From assembly GCF_001194135.2 (NCBI RefSeq), contig NC_068981.1, forward strand, positions 56,316,567 through 56,380,566: 64,000 nucleotides of DNA, read 5' to 3'. This DNA comes from Octopus bimaculoides. Taxonomy: Eukaryota. The position numbers and the translations under genes are program-made. The notes beneath the pieces were generated by a model that was not told the origin of the DNA, made no database searches, and saw only the letters and a program-made list of their open reading frames with translations. Below, piece after piece: positions 61,750 to 64,000 of this stretch; positions within the stretch are counted from its first letter, which is position 1; the number at the start of each line of letters is the position of its first letter.

Positions 61750-62637
61750 TCATATCGCCCTATCCACCTTTCTGAGAACGTTGCATCGAGGAAATTGTGC
61801 TCCTGAATTACATAATGATATGGTACCCCATCCTGTTGGAATAACACCACACTAAATTTGAGCATAACCTGCACTGTGGGCACCACATTACTTGCGCAAA
61901 ATGTCAAGGTAGTTAAGAAATGTCCTAGGACTGATGAACACGACAAATCGGCCGACTCAGTGGCACCCCGCTGATTCATCTCAGTTGCTACAGTCAGGTG
62001 GAGGTATTCGTCATACAAGTAAAAGCAGTTATGCCTGTTGACATCACTTGACAACTTCAAAAAGGCCTCGTCCGACCAAACAATTTTGTAAAAGAATTTT
62101 GGATTTCCATGAAAGCCATTCAGCATCTCTGCGAACTGCATATGACGATCTGGATCATCTTCTGCTAAGCGTTACAGGAATCTGGGTCGGTGTGGCTTCA
62201 AGTTCAGTTGTTTCTTAAGACTACTTAGTTGTTTCGTGAGATGCTTAACTCAGCCGACGCTCGTCTGGTAAGTTTCATAGGACCATACACAAACCTCAGA
62301 CTTGCCTGCATCAGATTTTTCTCAGTGGTAAGAGTTCGTGGACGTCCGGAGTTCGGGACATTCTTCAGTGAACCTGTCTCCTCGAATTTGTCTCTTACCT
62401 TTTAAATTGACTGTCTTGACGACGGATCGGTGTGGAAGGTTTTTGTCAACTTCTGGTACCTTTCTGCATTTTCAAATTCCCGGGAATTCGTTACAATTCA
62501 TTTTCTCTCGATATCTGTCAAGTGGCCTGCCATTACGTCGCACAACCCTGTAAAATAAAGACTGTCAGCCTACTTTTCCACAACGCTGTAAAGACACGCA
62601 TGCAAGCATACACACTTGTAGGTGGACACACTTATGT
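61750..62637 (-). mobile_element. IS630-Tc1-mariner transposon remnant with DUF4817-type HTH (ATG 62533), 3' end lost at a (CTAT)n tract
   Basis: MAGHLTDIERK.IV...FENAE...SRQSI.KVRDKFEETGS..NVPNSGRPRT...TRRASAELSISR...LKPHRPR...LAEDDPDR.MQFAE...IVWSDEA..KLS..VNRHNC...FQQDG.PYHY; putative left TIR TA|cataagtgtgtcca near 62637. Confidence 0.85.
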
Positions 62638-62977
62638 ACAAACAACATACACACACTCATATATAGAAATACACGTTCCCGTACACATACACGAGATATT
62701 TGTGTATATGCAGTGCACTATATGCATGAGTATGAGTTTGTGTACGTATGTCGGAATATGGGGACTTATTTGTTCACAAAGATGTATTTTACTTTTATAA
62801 TTAAATATTTTCATTATTACATTCAATATATAGAGAACAATTTGTCTGTACAGAGAAGCAATATTATTTGAATTTCCCCAGATTTTAGTATAAAGTAATG
62901 TATATCAATATACATAGACGTAAATAAATGTACATATGAATAATCACACTGCCTCACACAGGTGCATACACATACAA

Positions 62978-63010
<33 letters not shown>

Positions 63011-63731
63011 NNNNNNNNNNNNNNNNNNNNNNNNNNNNNNNNNNNNNNNNNNNNNNNNNNNNNNNNNNNNNNNNNNNNNNNNNNNNNNNNNNNNNNNNNN
63101 NNNNNNNNNNNNNNNNNNNNNNNNNNNNNNNNNNNNNNNNNNNNNNNNNNNNNNNNNNNNNNNNNNNNNNNNNNNNNNNNNNNNNNNNNNNNNNNNNNNN
63201 NNNNNNNNNNNNNNNNNNNNNNNNNNNNNNNNNNNNNNNNNNNNNNNNNNNNNNNNNNNNNNNNNNNNNNNNNNNNNNNNNNNNNNNNNNNNNNNNNNNN
63301 NNNNNNNNNNNNNNNNNNNNNNNNNNNNNNNNNNNNNNNNNNNNNNNNNNNNNNNNNNNNNNNNNNNNNNNNNNNNNNNNNNNNNNNNNNNNNNNNNNNN
63401 NNNNNNNNNNNNNNNNNNNNNNNNNNNNNNNNNNNNNNNNNNNNNNNNNNNNNNNNNNNNNNNNNNNNNNNNNNNNNNNNNNNNNNNNNNNNNNNNNNNN
63501 NNNNNNNNNNNNNNNNNNNNNNNNNNNNNNNNNNNNNNNNNNNNNNNNNNNNNNNNNNNNNNNNNNNNNNNNNNNNNNNNNNNNNNNNNNNNNNNNNNNN
63601 NNNNNNNNNNNNNNNNNNNNNNNNNNNNNNNNNNNNNNNNNNNNNNNNNNNNNNNNNNNNNNNNNNNNNNNNNNNNNNNNNNNNNNNNNNNNNNNNNNNN
63701 NNNNNNATATATATTTATATGAGAATACGTC

Positions 63732-63801
<70 letters not shown>

Positions 63802-64000
63802 TATGTACATATATGTGTGTATATATGTAAACAGGTATATATATATATATATATAGCATTATATATCTAACTACAATTCAATATCAACTTAAATATTAAC
63901 TCAATAAATGTAGCAGGCTTTGTAGAATTTAAGAAACTTTACGAGGAAATCAGTGACAGTGACTTCAAAGTTTAAGCTTGGTAGGATGCATCTCACTGCC

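Overview
AT-rich, repeat-dense metazoan genomic DNA with about 6.5 kb of N gaps, nearly all abutting microsatellites. The SINE/LINE repertoire resembles what I know from Octopus (coleoid cephalopod); this assignment is inference. There are no prokaryotic features, rRNA, true tRNA or CRISPR arrays, and most ORF-track entries are microsatellite or N artefacts. The recognisable content is decayed mobile DNA: Penelope-like (GIY-YIG) fragments, several RLE-type non-LTR elements (R4/Dong-like and HERO-like), two Tx1/L1-like LINE fragments, CR1- and L2-like LINE 3' ends, three to four IS630-Tc1-mariner transposon remnants (one Tc1 with both TIRs), and many tRNA-derived SINEs. A low-confidence chain of small, phase-compatible + strand exons suggests the window may lie inside a long-intron host gene. 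Most notable observations: a nested inverted-repeat element carrying a minimal type I hammerhead-ribozyme motif (945-1006); R4/Dong elements inserted and stacked in (TAA)n arrays; a CR1 3' tail shared with a SINE family; several long fold-back palindromes (potential dsRNA); and a tandem repeat whose units carry complementary halves of a tRNA-like sequence.
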